A stretch of DNA of 64,000 nt, from NCBI GenBank assembly GCA_963727825.1, contig CAVSHO010000001.1, positions 160,001 through 224,000 on the forward strand. The letters run 5' to 3'. A model generated the notes under the pieces. It made no database searches, had not been told where the DNA came from, and saw only the letters and a list, made by a program, of their open reading frames with translations. Positions 27,329-37,792 of the stretch are shown one piece after another (position 1 is the stretch's first letter; every line of letters begins with the position of its first letter). The stretch is from Ignavibacteriota bacterium. GTDB lineage: Bacteria; Bacteroidota; Ignavibacteria; UBA10030. A program made the position numbers and the translations under genes.

Positions 27329-28588
27329 TTATTTTAGCGGTTTTCCTTTCATCTCATGTAAGACATACGCGAACACACCAAATGCGCGCACTGCTTGTGA
27401 TTGCGCATGCACCGTTCCGACTTCATTGACTTTATAACCGTCTTCGCCGCCATTCGGATTCCATCCATTTCTGATGCCGTGGTCTATCGGGCGATGGAGC
27501 GTGGTCAATGCAGTGCCGTGATGATTTGTCCACACGTGTTCCAGCATCTTTTCAATTTTCCCCGGAATATCTGAAAGCCGGTCCGGAGCGATTTGATACG
27601 CGTCTAAAATGAAATGAACAAATGCACCGTTTCCATCCATCCGCAGTTGATAAAAATCCTGCTGATCGACCCATCCATTCGCTGGATCCATTAATCGCTT
27701 CGCTGTTGCTGCGACGATCTCTTTATATTTTCTCTCGCCGGTCATCCGGAACATTGCCGCCCCGATTGAGCACATGCCCGCGCCTTCCCATGGAAACTGT
27801 TTGCCGAATGCCGCTTGCCCTTCGTTTCCTTTCCATATTCCATTGCCGCGATAAAACTTTTTCTCAACTCCAGAATATTTTACATCCCCGTTCCATACCA
27901 ACATGGCATCGTCATAAAATTGCCGTTCGTGTGTTGCTTCAAAGAGCCAGCATGCCACGGTCGCCATTTGATTCATATTGCTATTGGTAAATATTTTGAA
28001 ATTGCTTTTTGCATTGGGAGAATAATTATACCAGCTCCAAAATCCATCGTGATGGGAAAGGCGCCCTTCGCGTTTCGCCTCTAAATATCTGCTTCGTGCA
28101 TCTGCCACCCATTGCGTATTTTTTCTTCCAGACATATGCCACCAGTACATTTCTGCTAGACATGCCCAGGCACGGTCGTCAACCCATGTTCCATTGTGTA
28201 CATCGAGGAGCCGGTACGTGTCGGTGTAGAGTGATAGCAAATTTTGATCGCCCGTCGCGGCATAAAGATAAGCATCTCCAATAGCGCCGTTTGCTCCTTC
28301 CCATTCCGCATTGTATTCTTGATGAAAGAGATTGTCAATCGCATAAGTGCGCTGCACAATACTATGAAAAAGATCTGGGGCAGGAGATTCCTGCAGCTGC
28401 GCTTGTTGGATAATAGATGGAGATTCGTTCTTCGTTCCGAAGAATTTATCTCCAGCGATGAGAAAAAACGCTGTGAGAAATGCGAGCAGCCCAAGTGCGG
28501 AGAATATAAAGTACTTTAAGCGGAGGGCTGTTTTCTTCACTGAAACTGTTTTATGAACTGCTTGGTATTGTTTATGTTTATTTGACAT
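27329..28588 (-). CDS. Membrane-anchored glycoside hydrolase, GH76-like (alpha/alpha)6 fold
   Basis: N-terminal TM; WVDDRAW matches the GH76 DDxxW catalytic motif; G.WSW and NSNMN segments. Confidence 0.55.
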   Translation of the reverse strand: MSNKHKQYQAVHKTVSVKKTALRLKYFIFSALGLLAFLTAFFLIAGDKFFGTKNESPSIIQQAQLQESPAPDLFHSIVQRTYAIDNLFHQEYNAEWEGANGAIGDAYLYAATGDQNLLSLYTDTYRLLDVHNGTWVDDRAWACLAEMYWWHMSGRKNTQWVADARSRYLEAKREGRLSHHDGFWSWYNYSPNAKSNFKIFTNSNMNQMATVACWLFEATHERQFYDDAMLVWNGDVKYSGVEKKFYRGNGIWKGNEGQAAFGKQFPWEGAGMCSIGAAMFRMTGERKYKEIVAATAKRLMDPANGWVDQQDFYQLRMDGNGAFVHFILDAYQIAPDRLSDIPGKIEKMLEHVWTNHHGTALTTLHRPIDHGIRNGWNPNGGEDGYKVNEVGTVHAQSQAVRAFGVFAYVLHEMKGKPLK

Positions 28589-28677
28589 ACACTATGACAA
28601 AGTATTAATCAAATGTAGATAAAAGCCATCTGAGACACAAAGAAAAATCCCTGCAATAGTTTTTTTTATAGTTGTTT

Positions 28678-28765
28678 ACCTCCCCTTCCCGACACGATAA
28701 AATATCGCATCGGGATTTTCCCTCCTCAAATGAGGATGGGATGCGCGAAGCGCAGGGGCGGTGTG
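28678..28765. repeat. Degenerate intergenic palindromic repeat composite
   Basis: tcccgacacgata-aaa-tatcgcatcggga hairpin (28687-28715), followed by tcctca-aa-tgagga and tgcgc-gaa-gcgca hairpins. Confidence 0.55.
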
Positions 28766-28996
28766 CTCTATTCTATATATATTCCATGTTCATCGGCATA
28801 TAAAATGGTTTTGCCAGCACCGGAGAGTAAGAAAAAACTTTTTCAATGATGGAACATCAGGAACCTGTGCTGCGTCTATCTTAATTCGCGCACTTTTTAT
28901 TGAAGTTCGTTACGAATTATACTTGAAAATGTGGTTCATTTTTCATAAAATTGTTCCGCTCTATTGAGCGAACACTCACTAACTTGTAAGAAACCT

Positions 28997-29962
28997 ATGG
29001 CTATTGCAGTTCGAAATCTAACAAAACTTTACGGCACCGAAAAAGCTGTGAACGATATATCATTCGATGTCAAAACCGGCGAGATTCTTGGCTTCCTCGG
29101 TCCAAATGGCGCCGGCAAAACTACAACGATGAAGATTATCACTTGCTACATGCCGCCTACTTCCGGTCTGGTTGAAGTTGAAGGATTGGATATCGCCGAG
29201 CACTCATTTGAGGTGCGGAAAAAAATCGGGTATTTGCCGGAAATGAATCCGCTCTACCTTGATATGAATGTTGTGGAATACTTGGAATACTCAGCACACC
29301 TGCACGGTTTGAAAAATCCACTCTTAAGAAGCCGCCTGAAAGAAATGATCGACGTGTGCGGCATTTCAGATGTGCGGCATAAAGACATCGGCGAATTGTC
29401 GAAGGGATTCCGCCAGCGCGTTGGACTTGCACAGGCGATGATTCACGATCCAGAGGTGCTCATTCTTGACGAACCGACCAGCGGTCTCGATCCGAATCAA
29501 ATTGTGGAGATACGTAATCTTATCCGCCAGCTTGGCCGTGCAAAAACCGTGGTGCTTTCCACGCATATACTTTCAGAAGTGCAGGCAACCTGCGACCACG
29601 TCATAATAGTCAACGAAGGAACAATCGTTGCCGATGGAACGCTTGAGCAATTGCAGCAAGATTTCCGCGGCTCTGAGAAGATTTCATTGGAATTAAAAGC
29701 CAGCACAACAAATGCTATGACGGTGATTTATCCGAAGTTCAAAGACATTCCACATGTAGAGTCGGTGGAGTACGGCGGGCAAGAAGGCGATTTGCATAAG
29801 TTCTCCATTCTCGCGGAAAAAGGATTTGATATTCGCGAAGAAATTTTCAAACGTGCGGTGTCCGAAGGATGGATATTGATGGAAATGTCGCGTAAAGCGA
29901 CGAGTTTGGAAGAAGTGTTCCGCAAGCTGACAACAACGGAAACAGCAATTGAAAAACAATGA
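28997..29962 (+). CDS. ABC transporter ATP-binding subunit, GldA-like
   Basis: [44 protein letters not shown]. Confidence 0.9.
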   Translation: MAIAVRNLTKLYGTEKAVNDISFDVKTGEILGFLGPNGAGKTTTMKIITCYMPPTSGLVEVEGLDIAEHSFEVRKKIGYLPEMNPLYLDMNVVEYLEYSAHLHGLKNPLLRSRLKEMIDVCGISDVRHKDIGELSKGFRQRVGLAQAMIHDPEVLILDEPTSGLDPNQIVEIRNLIRQLGRAKTVVLSTHILSEVQATCDHVIIVNEGTIVADGTLEQLQQDFRGSEKISLELKASTTNAMTVIYPKFKDIPHVESVEYGGQEGDLHKFSILAEKGFDIREEIFKRAVSEGWILMEMSRKATSLEEVFRKLTTTETAIEKQ

Positions 29963-29998
29963 ACAATGAACAGTGATTAGTGACCAATGATGTATGAA
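29957..29998 (+). repeat. Degenerate heptamer tandem repeat (CAATGAA-like)
   Basis: caatgaa-caatgaa-cagtgat-tagtgac-caatgat-gtatgaa; reverse complement of the family at 7345. Confidence 0.65.
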
Positions 29999-30041
29999 AT
30001 TAGTATTCTGCATTTAATCTGAGTAATCCAGGAAATCATTT

Positions 30042-30791
30042 ATGAAATTCAGCATCAAAGAATTATCAATGTTTCTCGGCAAATTTTCCAATGTAGGAAC
30101 GATTTTCCAAAAAGAATTGCGTTCCTATTTCAATTCGGCAGTCGCATACGTTGTCATCGTCGTGTTTCTCGCTATTGTTGGCTGGGTATACACGAGCAGT
30201 ATGTTTCTTATCAATGTGGCATCGCTCCGCATGATGTTTGAATGGGTTCCGCTCGTGTTTCTGTTTGTAGTTCCGGCAGTGACGATGCGCCTGTTAGCGG
30301 AAGAAAAAAAGGCGGGGACAATCGAACTGCTGACGACCAAGCCATTGCACGATTGGGAAATAGTTATAGGCAAGTTTCTTGCCGCATGGGCGCTCATCAG
30401 CATTGCACTCCTACCTACGCTCATCTATTATATTACGGTTGCATTCCTCGGTGACATCGATAATGGCCCAGTAATTGGCGGCTACCTTGGCTTACTATTA
30501 ATGGCGGGTGTCTATGTGGCGGTTGGTTTACTGGCATCGAGTTTAACGGAGAACCAAATAGTAGCATTTATCATCGGCTTGCTGATGATGTTTGCATTCT
30601 ATATGATGGATAAGGTGCTTATTTTTGTTCCGGACTTTATGACCAGCGTGGTAGAATATCTTGGTATTGATTTTCACTTTGCCAATATAGCCCGTGGTGT
30701 AATCGACTCGCGGGATGTTGTATATTTCGGTTCCGTGCTTGGTTTCACTTTGTACCTTTCGGTCGTCTCGCTTGAAAGACGCAAATGGTAA
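30042..30791 (+). CDS. ABC-2 permease, GldF-like
   Basis: KELRSYFNS..AY, PAVTMRLLAEEKKAGTIELL.TKP, SSLTENQIVAF, RGVIDSRDVVYF. Confidence 0.88.
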   Translation: MKFSIKELSMFLGKFSNVGTIFQKELRSYFNSAVAYVVIVVFLAIVGWVYTSSMFLINVASLRMMFEWVPLVFLFVVPAVTMRLLAEEKKAGTIELLTTKPLHDWEIVIGKFLAAWALISIALLPTLIYYITVAFLGDIDNGPVIGGYLGLLLMAGVYVAVGLLASSLTENQIVAFIIGLLMMFAFYMMDKVLIFVPDFMTSVVEYLGIDFHFANIARGVIDSRDVVYFGSVLGFTLYLSVVSLERRKW

Positions 30792-30896
30792 AGTCGATGT
30801 CCAATTGTATGATGTTCGATTTGAGAAGTAATTTCTTTTCCAGAATTTATTATTTTATTTTTTCATTTTGAATTAATTTGTTTTGCATTGAAAACT

Positions 30897-32459
30897 ATGA
30901 ATACAAAAAAAGCTCAAACTCTTTTCCGGGTATTGTTGGTATTAGGTATCCTGATTCTCGTCAATTTTATTTCGGTACGGCTTTTTAGCCGGCTGGATCT
31001 AACGAAGGCGGGCGTTTATACACTCTCGGATGCAAGCAAGAATCTTGTCCGTAGCCTTGATGATCGCATTACGGTGAAAGCATATTTTACGGAAGATTTG
31101 CCAGCCCCGTACAATAATAACCGGCGGCAAGTACTGGACATTTTGAATGAGTACAAAGCATACGCCAAAGGCAACCTGCATTTTGAATTTATCAATCCGG
31201 ATGGGGAGAAAAATGAACGCGAAGCACAGCAGGCAGGGATTCCTCCGGTCGAAGTGCAGGTGGTGAAGGAAGACAAATTTGAAGTGAAACGAGCGTTTCT
31301 TGGTCTCGTGCTTTTATACGAAGACAAAAAGGAAACGCTGCCGGTAGTGCAAAATCTTGGTTCGCTGGAATATGACATCAGCTCCGCCATTAAACGTTTG
31401 ACGGTTCATGCAAAAAAACGCATCGGCTATACGACCGGACATCAAGAACCGGAACTGACGAGCATGCAAAAAGCGAATCAAGAGGTGAGTGCACAGTACG
31501 AAATAGTCCCAATTGATCTCAGTTCAAACACCGCAACGATTCCCCAGGATTTAGCGGCTCTATTGATTGTTGCACCACAGACAAAATTTTCAGATACAGC
31601 GAAATATCAAATCGATCAATACATTATGCACGGTGGCAAAGCAGCGTTCCTGCTGAATAAAGTGAATGCGTCGCTTCAGCAGCGTTATACTCAGCCGATT
31701 GAGCTTGGACTGGAAGATATGCTGGAGAATTACGGTATCCGAATTAATAGCGATTTAGTCCGGGATGCACAGTGCGCCAATGTTACTGTAATGCAGCAAC
31801 AGGGACAATTTCAAATGCAGAGTCAGATTCCGTTCCCATATCTGCCGAACGCGGTGAACTTTGACCGCGCAAATCCAATCGTAAAAGATTTACAGGGATT
31901 GATCTTCTACTTTGTCAGTTCGCTCGATACGAGTTTAGCAGTGAACAAAGGATTGAAGGCGGAAGTACTTGTGCGTTCTTCCAAACATAGCGGCAGACAA
32001 ACTGGTTTCATGATGATTGATCCACTCCATCGTTATACTCAGGATGAGTTATCAGAATCCAATATTCCGATGGCGGCAGTTGTGAGTGGTTCATTTAAAA
32101 GTTACTTCTCTGCGACAGGCGGAGAAAATAAAGCGTTCGTGCCGCAAGTAACGAAAAGTCCCGATACGCGTATAATTGTAGTGGGCGACGGCGATTTTAT
32201 GAAAGATGACTTCGCAAGCAGTCGCGGTAATCTGACGTTCTTCATTAATATTGTGGATTACCTTGCAGATGATGCAGGCTTGATTACAATTCGTTCTAAG
32301 GATGTTGCACAGCCGCCGTTGGATCAAATTTCAGATGGAACGAAAAAACTGCTGAAATATGGCGATTTGATTTTACCGCCGTTACTCGTTATCGGGTACG
32401 GTTTATTCCGATGGAGACGACGTGTTGCACTGAAACGGTCGTTCGAAGCTCAGATATAA
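30897..32459 (+). CDS. GldG-like ABC auxiliary component
   Basis: RLDLT..YTLS, LEYDIS, IDQYIMHGG, VVGDGDF, LITIRSK; N- and C-terminal TMs. Confidence 0.85.
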   Translation: MNTKKAQTLFRVLLVLGILILVNFISVRLFSRLDLTKAGVYTLSDASKNLVRSLDDRITVKAYFTEDLPAPYNNNRRQVLDILNEYKAYAKGNLHFEFINPDGEKNEREAQQAGIPPVEVQVVKEDKFEVKRAFLGLVLLYEDKKETLPVVQNLGSLEYDISSAIKRLTVHAKKRIGYTTGHQEPELTSMQKANQEVSAQYEIVPIDLSSNTATIPQDLAALLIVAPQTKFSDTAKYQIDQYIMHGGKAAFLLNKVNASLQQRYTQPIELGLEDMLENYGIRINSDLVRDAQCANVTVMQQQGQFQMQSQIPFPYLPNAVNFDRANPIVKDLQGLIFYFVSSLDTSLAVNKGLKAEVLVRSSKHSGRQTGFMMIDPLHRYTQDELSESNIPMAAVVSGSFKSYFSATGGENKAFVPQVTKSPDTRIIVVGDGDFMKDDFASSRGNLTFFINIVDYLADDAGLITIRSKDVAQPPLDQISDGTKKLLKYGDLILPPLLVIGYGLFRWRRRVALKRSFEAQI

Positions 32460-32487
32460 GTTTGGGAAGTGTAAAAGGTAGATAGAA

Positions 32488-33378
32488 ATGAAAAAGAACA
32501 CATACATTCTAATTGGTTTATTCGTTTGCCTCTTAATCATAGCATTCCTTGTTTTGCAAAAACCTGGAGAACAAAGTGTGAATTCGGCAATTGCCGGATC
32601 GCTATTCACGATTGATTCACTCTCGGTAGATAAGCTTGAAATTAAGACACCTGCCTCTTCTCTTCTATTGGAAAAGCGCGGCGTTGAGTGGTTTGTCGCT
32701 AAACCGATCAATTATAAGGCTGATCAGGCGAACGTTTGCCAGATCATCCATCAGATAAAAAATCTTGAGATTAAAAATGTTGTTTCAGATAAACCTGAAA
32801 AGTATTCCGTGTTTCAAGTTGATCAAACCGGAACGCAGGTGACAGTGTATGAAAAAGGCGTTGAGAAGGCATCATTCATTTTGGGCAAGATGGCAGCAAA
32901 TTATTCGGAATCATATGCACGCAGATTAAACTCTAATGATGTACTTATTATCGAAGGTGCATCTAATTATATGTTTGGTCGTCCAGTAAAAGATTGGCGT
33001 GATAAAACAATTTTAACGACGCCGAAAGAAAGCATCAAAGGAGTGCAATATCAGTATGGCGACACAACCTTTAACGTTACGTTTAGTGACAGTGCGTGGT
33101 TTGTCGGAAAAGATAAAGCACAGCAATCTGTAGTAGAAGGTATTATATCTACGCTCTCAAACTTTCAAGCAGATGATTTTATTGACAGCACCATTTCGCC
33201 CAAAGTATCGGCAATGATAACTTATGCCGGTGCTCAGCTTCGCTTCTCATTCAACAAAATTATAAACAAGTATTACGTTCAGTCTTCCAATTCGCCGCAA
33301 TGGTTTGTGTTGGAACAGTGGAAAGCAAACCAAGTTTTAAAACGGAAGAAGGAAATAATTGAAACAAGTAAAAAATAG
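32488..33378 (+). CDS. DUF4340 domain protein
   Basis: N-terminal TM; W....P..YKAD, DWRDKTI; typical position after gldG-like genes. Confidence 0.75.
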   Translation: MKKNTYILIGLFVCLLIIAFLVLQKPGEQSVNSAIAGSLFTIDSLSVDKLEIKTPASSLLLEKRGVEWFVAKPINYKADQANVCQIIHQIKNLEIKNVVSDKPEKYSVFQVDQTGTQVTVYEKGVEKASFILGKMAANYSESYARRLNSNDVLIIEGASNYMFGRPVKDWRDKTILTTPKESIKGVQYQYGDTTFNVTFSDSAWFVGKDKAQQSVVEGIISTLSNFQADDFIDSTISPKVSAMITYAGAQLRFSFNKIINKYYVQSSNSPQWFVLEQWKANQVLKRKKEIIETSKK

Positions 33379-33507
33379 AAAAAATAAGTAGAAGCTATCT
33401 TAAAAATGCCATTTGCTGTAAGGGTGACTTAAAATCATTTTTGAGATGTCTTATAGAAAGTATCAAAGAAAGACAACTTTTTGACCGCGAGTTTCTGAAG
33501 GCAGATG

Positions 33508-33536
33508 AGGAAGCCCTTCGATAAGGAGGGCTTCCT
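33508..33536 (+). terminator. Intrinsic terminator after the ABC operon
   Basis: AGGAAGCCCTTC-GATAAG-GAGGGCTTCCT followed by GATTTTT. Confidence 0.65.
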
Positions 33537-33641
33537 GATTTTTATCTCATCGGTACAATTCCTTGCTTACGGAAGCATTTTTGATTACTTTTTCATCTGG
33601 CAACAGTTCCTATCATATTAAAATCAAAGGTTACGAGATCT

Positions 33642-35636
33642 ATGACGCACAAACTAATTTTCGGAATCAGCATTATTCCAGTTCTTTTTTTATTAGGATG
33701 CGGAACATCGAACCCAATAGTTGCTACCGTTGGCGATGAAAAAATCACACTTAAATATTTTGAAGACAGCTACGCCAAAGACAACGGCGGCTGGGATACC
33801 AGCGCCATCTCATCGGTAGAAGACCGGCAGCGATTTCTTGACTTACTTATTAAATATAAACTAAAAGTGAAAGATGCACACGCTCAGGAACTTGAAAAAG
33901 ATTCTGCTATTATTAGTGAAATGAAAACCTACAACAACACTGTTGCTCAGTCCTATATAATTGAGAAAGAAGTCGTAGAACCGGGATTGGAGCGGATGTA
34001 CAATAGGAAAAAAGATGAAGTTCGCGCCAGCCACATTCTCTTCAGCCTTAAACTAAAAGCATCGCCTCAGGATACACTCGCGGCATATGAACAGGCGATG
34101 AATACTATTGCGAAAATTCCACAAGTTCCATTTGACACGCTTGCGTTCAAATACTCGGAAGATCCGTCGGCAAAAGTTAATTATGGCAATTTAGGGTTTT
34201 TTTCTGGAGGCAGAATGGTGCCTGAGTTTGAAGATGCAGCTTATTCACTTAAGTCCGATGATTACACTAAAACTCCGATTCGAACGCAGTATGGGTACCA
34301 TATAATTAAAGTAACGGGTCGCCAGCCGAACTCAGGGTCGGTACGCATTAGTCACATCCTTCTACGATTCAAAGAAGACTTGAAAGATACAGATGCGGTG
34401 CGTGATACTGTCTGGATGATCTACCGCAAACTCAAGAGCGGAGCAAGTTTCACTGAAATGATGCAAAAGTACAGTCAAGATCCGAAAAGTGTGGCAAACA
34501 ATGGCGACATCGGTTTTTATGAACGCGATCGGCTTCCACAAAATGTTGCTGATATATTTTATAAAATGAAATTAGATTCAATCTCTGAACCGATGCGATT
34601 CAATTATGGTTTTCACATCTTCAAACTCACGGAGAAAAAGGCACTGCCATCGTTTGCGGAGATGCAGAAAGACCTGAAAGAGCAGTATAAACAAGTACGG
34701 TACCAACATGAATACAATCAATACGTACTGGAATTGAAAGCAAAATACAATGTTGGTATTGATTCTTCAGCTGTACGCAAATTGATATCATCTTTGGATA
34801 CGACTAAATTATCAGGTAGCGAAGGATGGAGAGATACACTATCAGCAGAAATGTTGAAAACGACGATTATCCATAGAACAGGTACTCCATTCACAGTAAA
34901 TGATTTAATAGAAAATGTACTCACAACAAACGATTTTAAAAATTATGTCTTAACGCCTGATAATATTTGGCTGCTAACAAATAAACTGCTTGATGTTGCT
35001 GCGCTCGAAGAACATGCAAGTCATGCCATAGAAAGATATCAAACGCTGGCAAATCTTCTTAAGGAATATGCAGAAGGAATTCTCCTCTATCGGATTGAGC
35101 AAGACGAAGTATGGAAAAAAACAATAGTGAATGACTCGCTTTTGAAAGAATATTACAATGCACATAAAGAAGAATATCGCTGGCCGGAACGTGTCAACTT
35201 TGCAGAAATATATACAATAACGGACAGCATGGCAAAGGCAGCTTATTGGAAAGTACGATATGGCGAAGACTTTCTGGACGTCGCGCAAGAATATACAAAT
35301 CGTTCTGGATATCGAGAGAAAAAAGGTGTTTGGGGAATTCAACCATTCGCATCAAACGACTTATCGCTTAAAGCCTCAACAATGGCAATAGACAGCGTAA
35401 CCGAACCATTCCAATATCAATCAGGCTGGTCAATTATTAAAGTGCTTGCTAAGGATACTGCACATGTGAAGAGTTTTGAAGATGCGACACCGGAAGTTGC
35501 AAGTGGTTATCAAGATATGGCATCAAAACAACGCGAACAAGATTGGATAGAAACTCTCAAGAAAAAATATCCAGTAACTATTAATAAAGAAATATTGACA
35601 GAAGCATTTAAAAGGAAACGGGTTGAATCCCAGTAA
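33642..35636 (+). CDS. Parvulin-type peptidyl-prolyl isomerase lipoprotein (multiple PpiC domains)
   Basis: Lipobox LLGC; VRASHIL, YSEDPSA..GNLG, PEFEDAAY, RTQYGYHIIK; second domain ISHILL..GDIG. Confidence 0.9.
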   Translation: MTHKLIFGISIIPVLFLLGCGTSNPIVATVGDEKITLKYFEDSYAKDNGGWDTSAISSVEDRQRFLDLLIKYKLKVKDAHAQELEKDSAIISEMKTYNNTVAQSYIIEKEVVEPGLERMYNRKKDEVRASHILFSLKLKASPQDTLAAYEQAMNTIAKIPQVPFDTLAFKYSEDPSAKVNYGNLGFFSGGRMVPEFEDAAYSLKSDDYTKTPIRTQYGYHIIKVTGRQPNSGSVRISHILLRFKEDLKDTDAVRDTVWMIYRKLKSGASFTEMMQKYSQDPKSVANNGDIGFYERDRLPQNVADIFYKMKLDSISEPMRFNYGFHIFKLTEKKALPSFAEMQKDLKEQYKQVRYQHEYNQYVLELKAKYNVGIDSSAVRKLISSLDTTKLSGSEGWRDTLSAEMLKTTIIHRTGTPFTVNDLIENVLTTNDFKNYVLTPDNIWLLTNKLLDVAALEEHASHAIERYQTLANLLKEYAEGILLYRIEQDEVWKKTIVNDSLLKEYYNAHKEEYRWPERVNFAEIYTITDSMAKAAYWKVRYGEDFLDVAQEYTNRSGYREKKGVWGIQPFASNDLSLKASTMAIDSVTEPFQYQSGWSIIKVLAKDTAHVKSFEDATPEVASGYQDMASKQREQDWIETLKKKYPVTINKEILTEAFKRKRVESQ

Positions 35637-36471
35637 ATCTCTTTTCGCTGTTCTTCTTGCTATAATGGCAATCGGTTGTTCCAAGAATGCACCGGACAAA
35701 ACTCCTGTTGCTCGCATCGACAATCAGACACTGGCGCTGGAAGAAATCCGTGCGCATCTTGACACAACGCGCGAACCATCACAGGCACAAATTCAGCAAT
35801 ATATTCAACAGTGGCTCACAGAGGAATCTTTATATCGTGAGGCAATAGACCGTGGTCTCGACCATACGGATGAGATAAATCAAAAGGTGGAGGATGTTCG
35901 GCGGCAACTGGCAATCAATGCATTGTTAGAGAAAGAAGTATACTCCCAACAGACATCAAACTTCTCCACGCAAGATATTCGTCGGTATTATGATACACAT
36001 ATTAAAGAATTTAATGTGATGCAGGATGTAGCATTAGTCAGCTTTGCACTTTTTAAGAATCGAGACGTCGCAACAGAATTTCGTAACCTTGTATTGAAAG
36101 GAACCCCGTGGAATTCTGCACTCAATCAAGAGGCGCAAGCGATTGTGACACGTATAGATTCATCTTACCAGACTCAAGCAACCCTGATGCCGGCAGAGTT
36201 ATGGCGAGTCGCATCAAAATCAACAAGCCGCGAGCTTTCGTTCCCAATAAGTACCGATAATGGTTATTATATTCTCGTAGTGTGGAAATTCATCAAGCAG
36301 GGGCAGACGGCAGATGCACCTTTAGTGGAACAAGAAATACGCGGACGGCTGACTGTGGAACGACGGCGCCAGATATTCAATCAACTTGTTCAGAACCTTC
36401 GCGCAAAACATGCAATTCAAGTATTCACTAGTACGGCATCCGATTCGGGAAAGTCTAAAACAGAAGAATAG
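35623..36471 (+). CDS. SurA/PpiC-like lipoprotein chaperone
   Basis: Lipobox AIGC; VARIDNQ, LYREA..RGL, S.PI.T..GYYI. Confidence 0.75.
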   Translation: MNPSKSLFAVLLAIMAIGCSKNAPDKTPVARIDNQTLALEEIRAHLDTTREPSQAQIQQYIQQWLTEESLYREAIDRGLDHTDEINQKVEDVRRQLAINALLEKEVYSQQTSNFSTQDIRRYYDTHIKEFNVMQDVALVSFALFKNRDVATEFRNLVLKGTPWNSALNQEAQAIVTRIDSSYQTQATLMPAELWRVASKSTSRELSFPISTDNGYYILVVWKFIKQGQTADAPLVEQEIRGRLTVERRRQIFNQLVQNLRAKHAIQVFTSTASDSGKSKTEE

Positions 36472-36479
36472 GAAAATGT

Positions 36480-37754
36480 ATGAGGAAAGTTTGTAGATTC
36501 TTAGTGTATCTTTCTCTTTTGATTCCAGCCGCGTTGTCGGCTCAAACACTTGTTGATCGAATTGTTGCGGTAGTAGACAAAGAAATTATTACCGAATCGG
36601 AGTTGAACGAGCGTGTTAAATTTCTTGCAATGCAAAAAAGCATTGATCCGAACCAGGCTGGACTGCGCATGCAAGTGCTTGATGGGTTAGTTTCAGAAAA
36701 ACTCATGCTTGCACAAGCATTAATTGATAGTGTTGAAGTAACAGAAGACGAAGTAACTCGCGGACTTGATCAGCAAATAGCAAACTTCGTTCGGCAGGTT
36801 GGCTCTGAACAGCGTGTGGAACAGATGTACGGAAAATCCATTAGCCGTATAAAGCGTGAGTACCGAACCGAAATAAAAAATCAGCTGCTTGTACAAAAGG
36901 AACAACAACAGCGCGAAGCTACAATTTCGGTAACGCATCGTGAGGTGGAAGATTTTTTTGTATCGTTCAAAGATAGTCTTCCGCAGGTTCCGGAGGAGTT
37001 CGAGTTAAGTCATATTTACATTGTGCCAAAACCAGACACGGCAGTAGAAGCAAAAACCAGAATTGTAATGCAATCTATTCTTGACAGCATTCATGCCGGC
37101 GGGGATTTTGCGTACTTCGCAAAACGTTATTCAACAGATCCGGGTTCTGCCGCAAGCGGTGGTGACCTCGGCTGGGAAAAACGCGGAGTGTTTGTCCGTG
37201 AATTTGAAGAAACTGTGTTTGGGATGAAAGAAGGCGATGTTTCACGCATTGTGAAAACACAGTTTGGATTTCACATTATTCAGTTGCTTGGCAGAAGGGG
37301 TGAATCGGTGCATGCGCGCCATATCCTTATGAGGATTGAGAAGGGGCCTGCAAGCGATTCTGCGGCAGTTGATACATTGCGGGTTCTTCGGGAGAGGGCA
37401 CTCAAAGGAGAATCTTTTGAAGAATTGGCGAGCAAATATTCTGAGGATGAGGACACAAAAACCATAGGCGGCGATTTAGGCAAACTGACTGATGACCAAC
37501 TCCAGCCGGATTTTGCGAAGCAAATCAAAGAAATGAAGGCAGGGGAAATTAGTGAACCGCTTCGTACGGTGGTAGGATCTTCATACGGCTTTCATATTGT
37601 TTGGATGCGTAAACGAACAGCACCACATGCTATTAATTTAAAGGACGACTTTAAGCGCATTGAGCAGCTTGCGCTCTGGATGAAGCGGAATAAACAAAAT
37701 GCTGAATGGATTGATGAACTGAAGAAAACTTTCTATGTCGATGTCAGGCTCTGA
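36480..37754 (+). CDS. surA: SurA-like chaperone/PPIase
   Basis: VDRIVAVVDKEIITESEL N-domain plus two parvulin domains. Confidence 0.8.
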   Translation: MRKVCRFLVYLSLLIPAALSAQTLVDRIVAVVDKEIITESELNERVKFLAMQKSIDPNQAGLRMQVLDGLVSEKLMLAQALIDSVEVTEDEVTRGLDQQIANFVRQVGSEQRVEQMYGKSISRIKREYRTEIKNQLLVQKEQQQREATISVTHREVEDFFVSFKDSLPQVPEEFELSHIYIVPKPDTAVEAKTRIVMQSILDSIHAGGDFAYFAKRYSTDPGSAASGGDLGWEKRGVFVREFEETVFGMKEGDVSRIVKTQFGFHIIQLLGRRGESVHARHILMRIEKGPASDSAAVDTLRVLRERALKGESFEELASKYSEDEDTKTIGGDLGKLTDDQLQPDFAKQIKEMKAGEISEPLRTVVGSSYGFHIVWMRKRTAPHAINLKDDFKRIEQLALWMKRNKQNAEWIDELKKTFYVDVRL

Positions 37755-37792
37755 TTGGCGGTGCATATACAACACAGAACACTGGTGAAATT

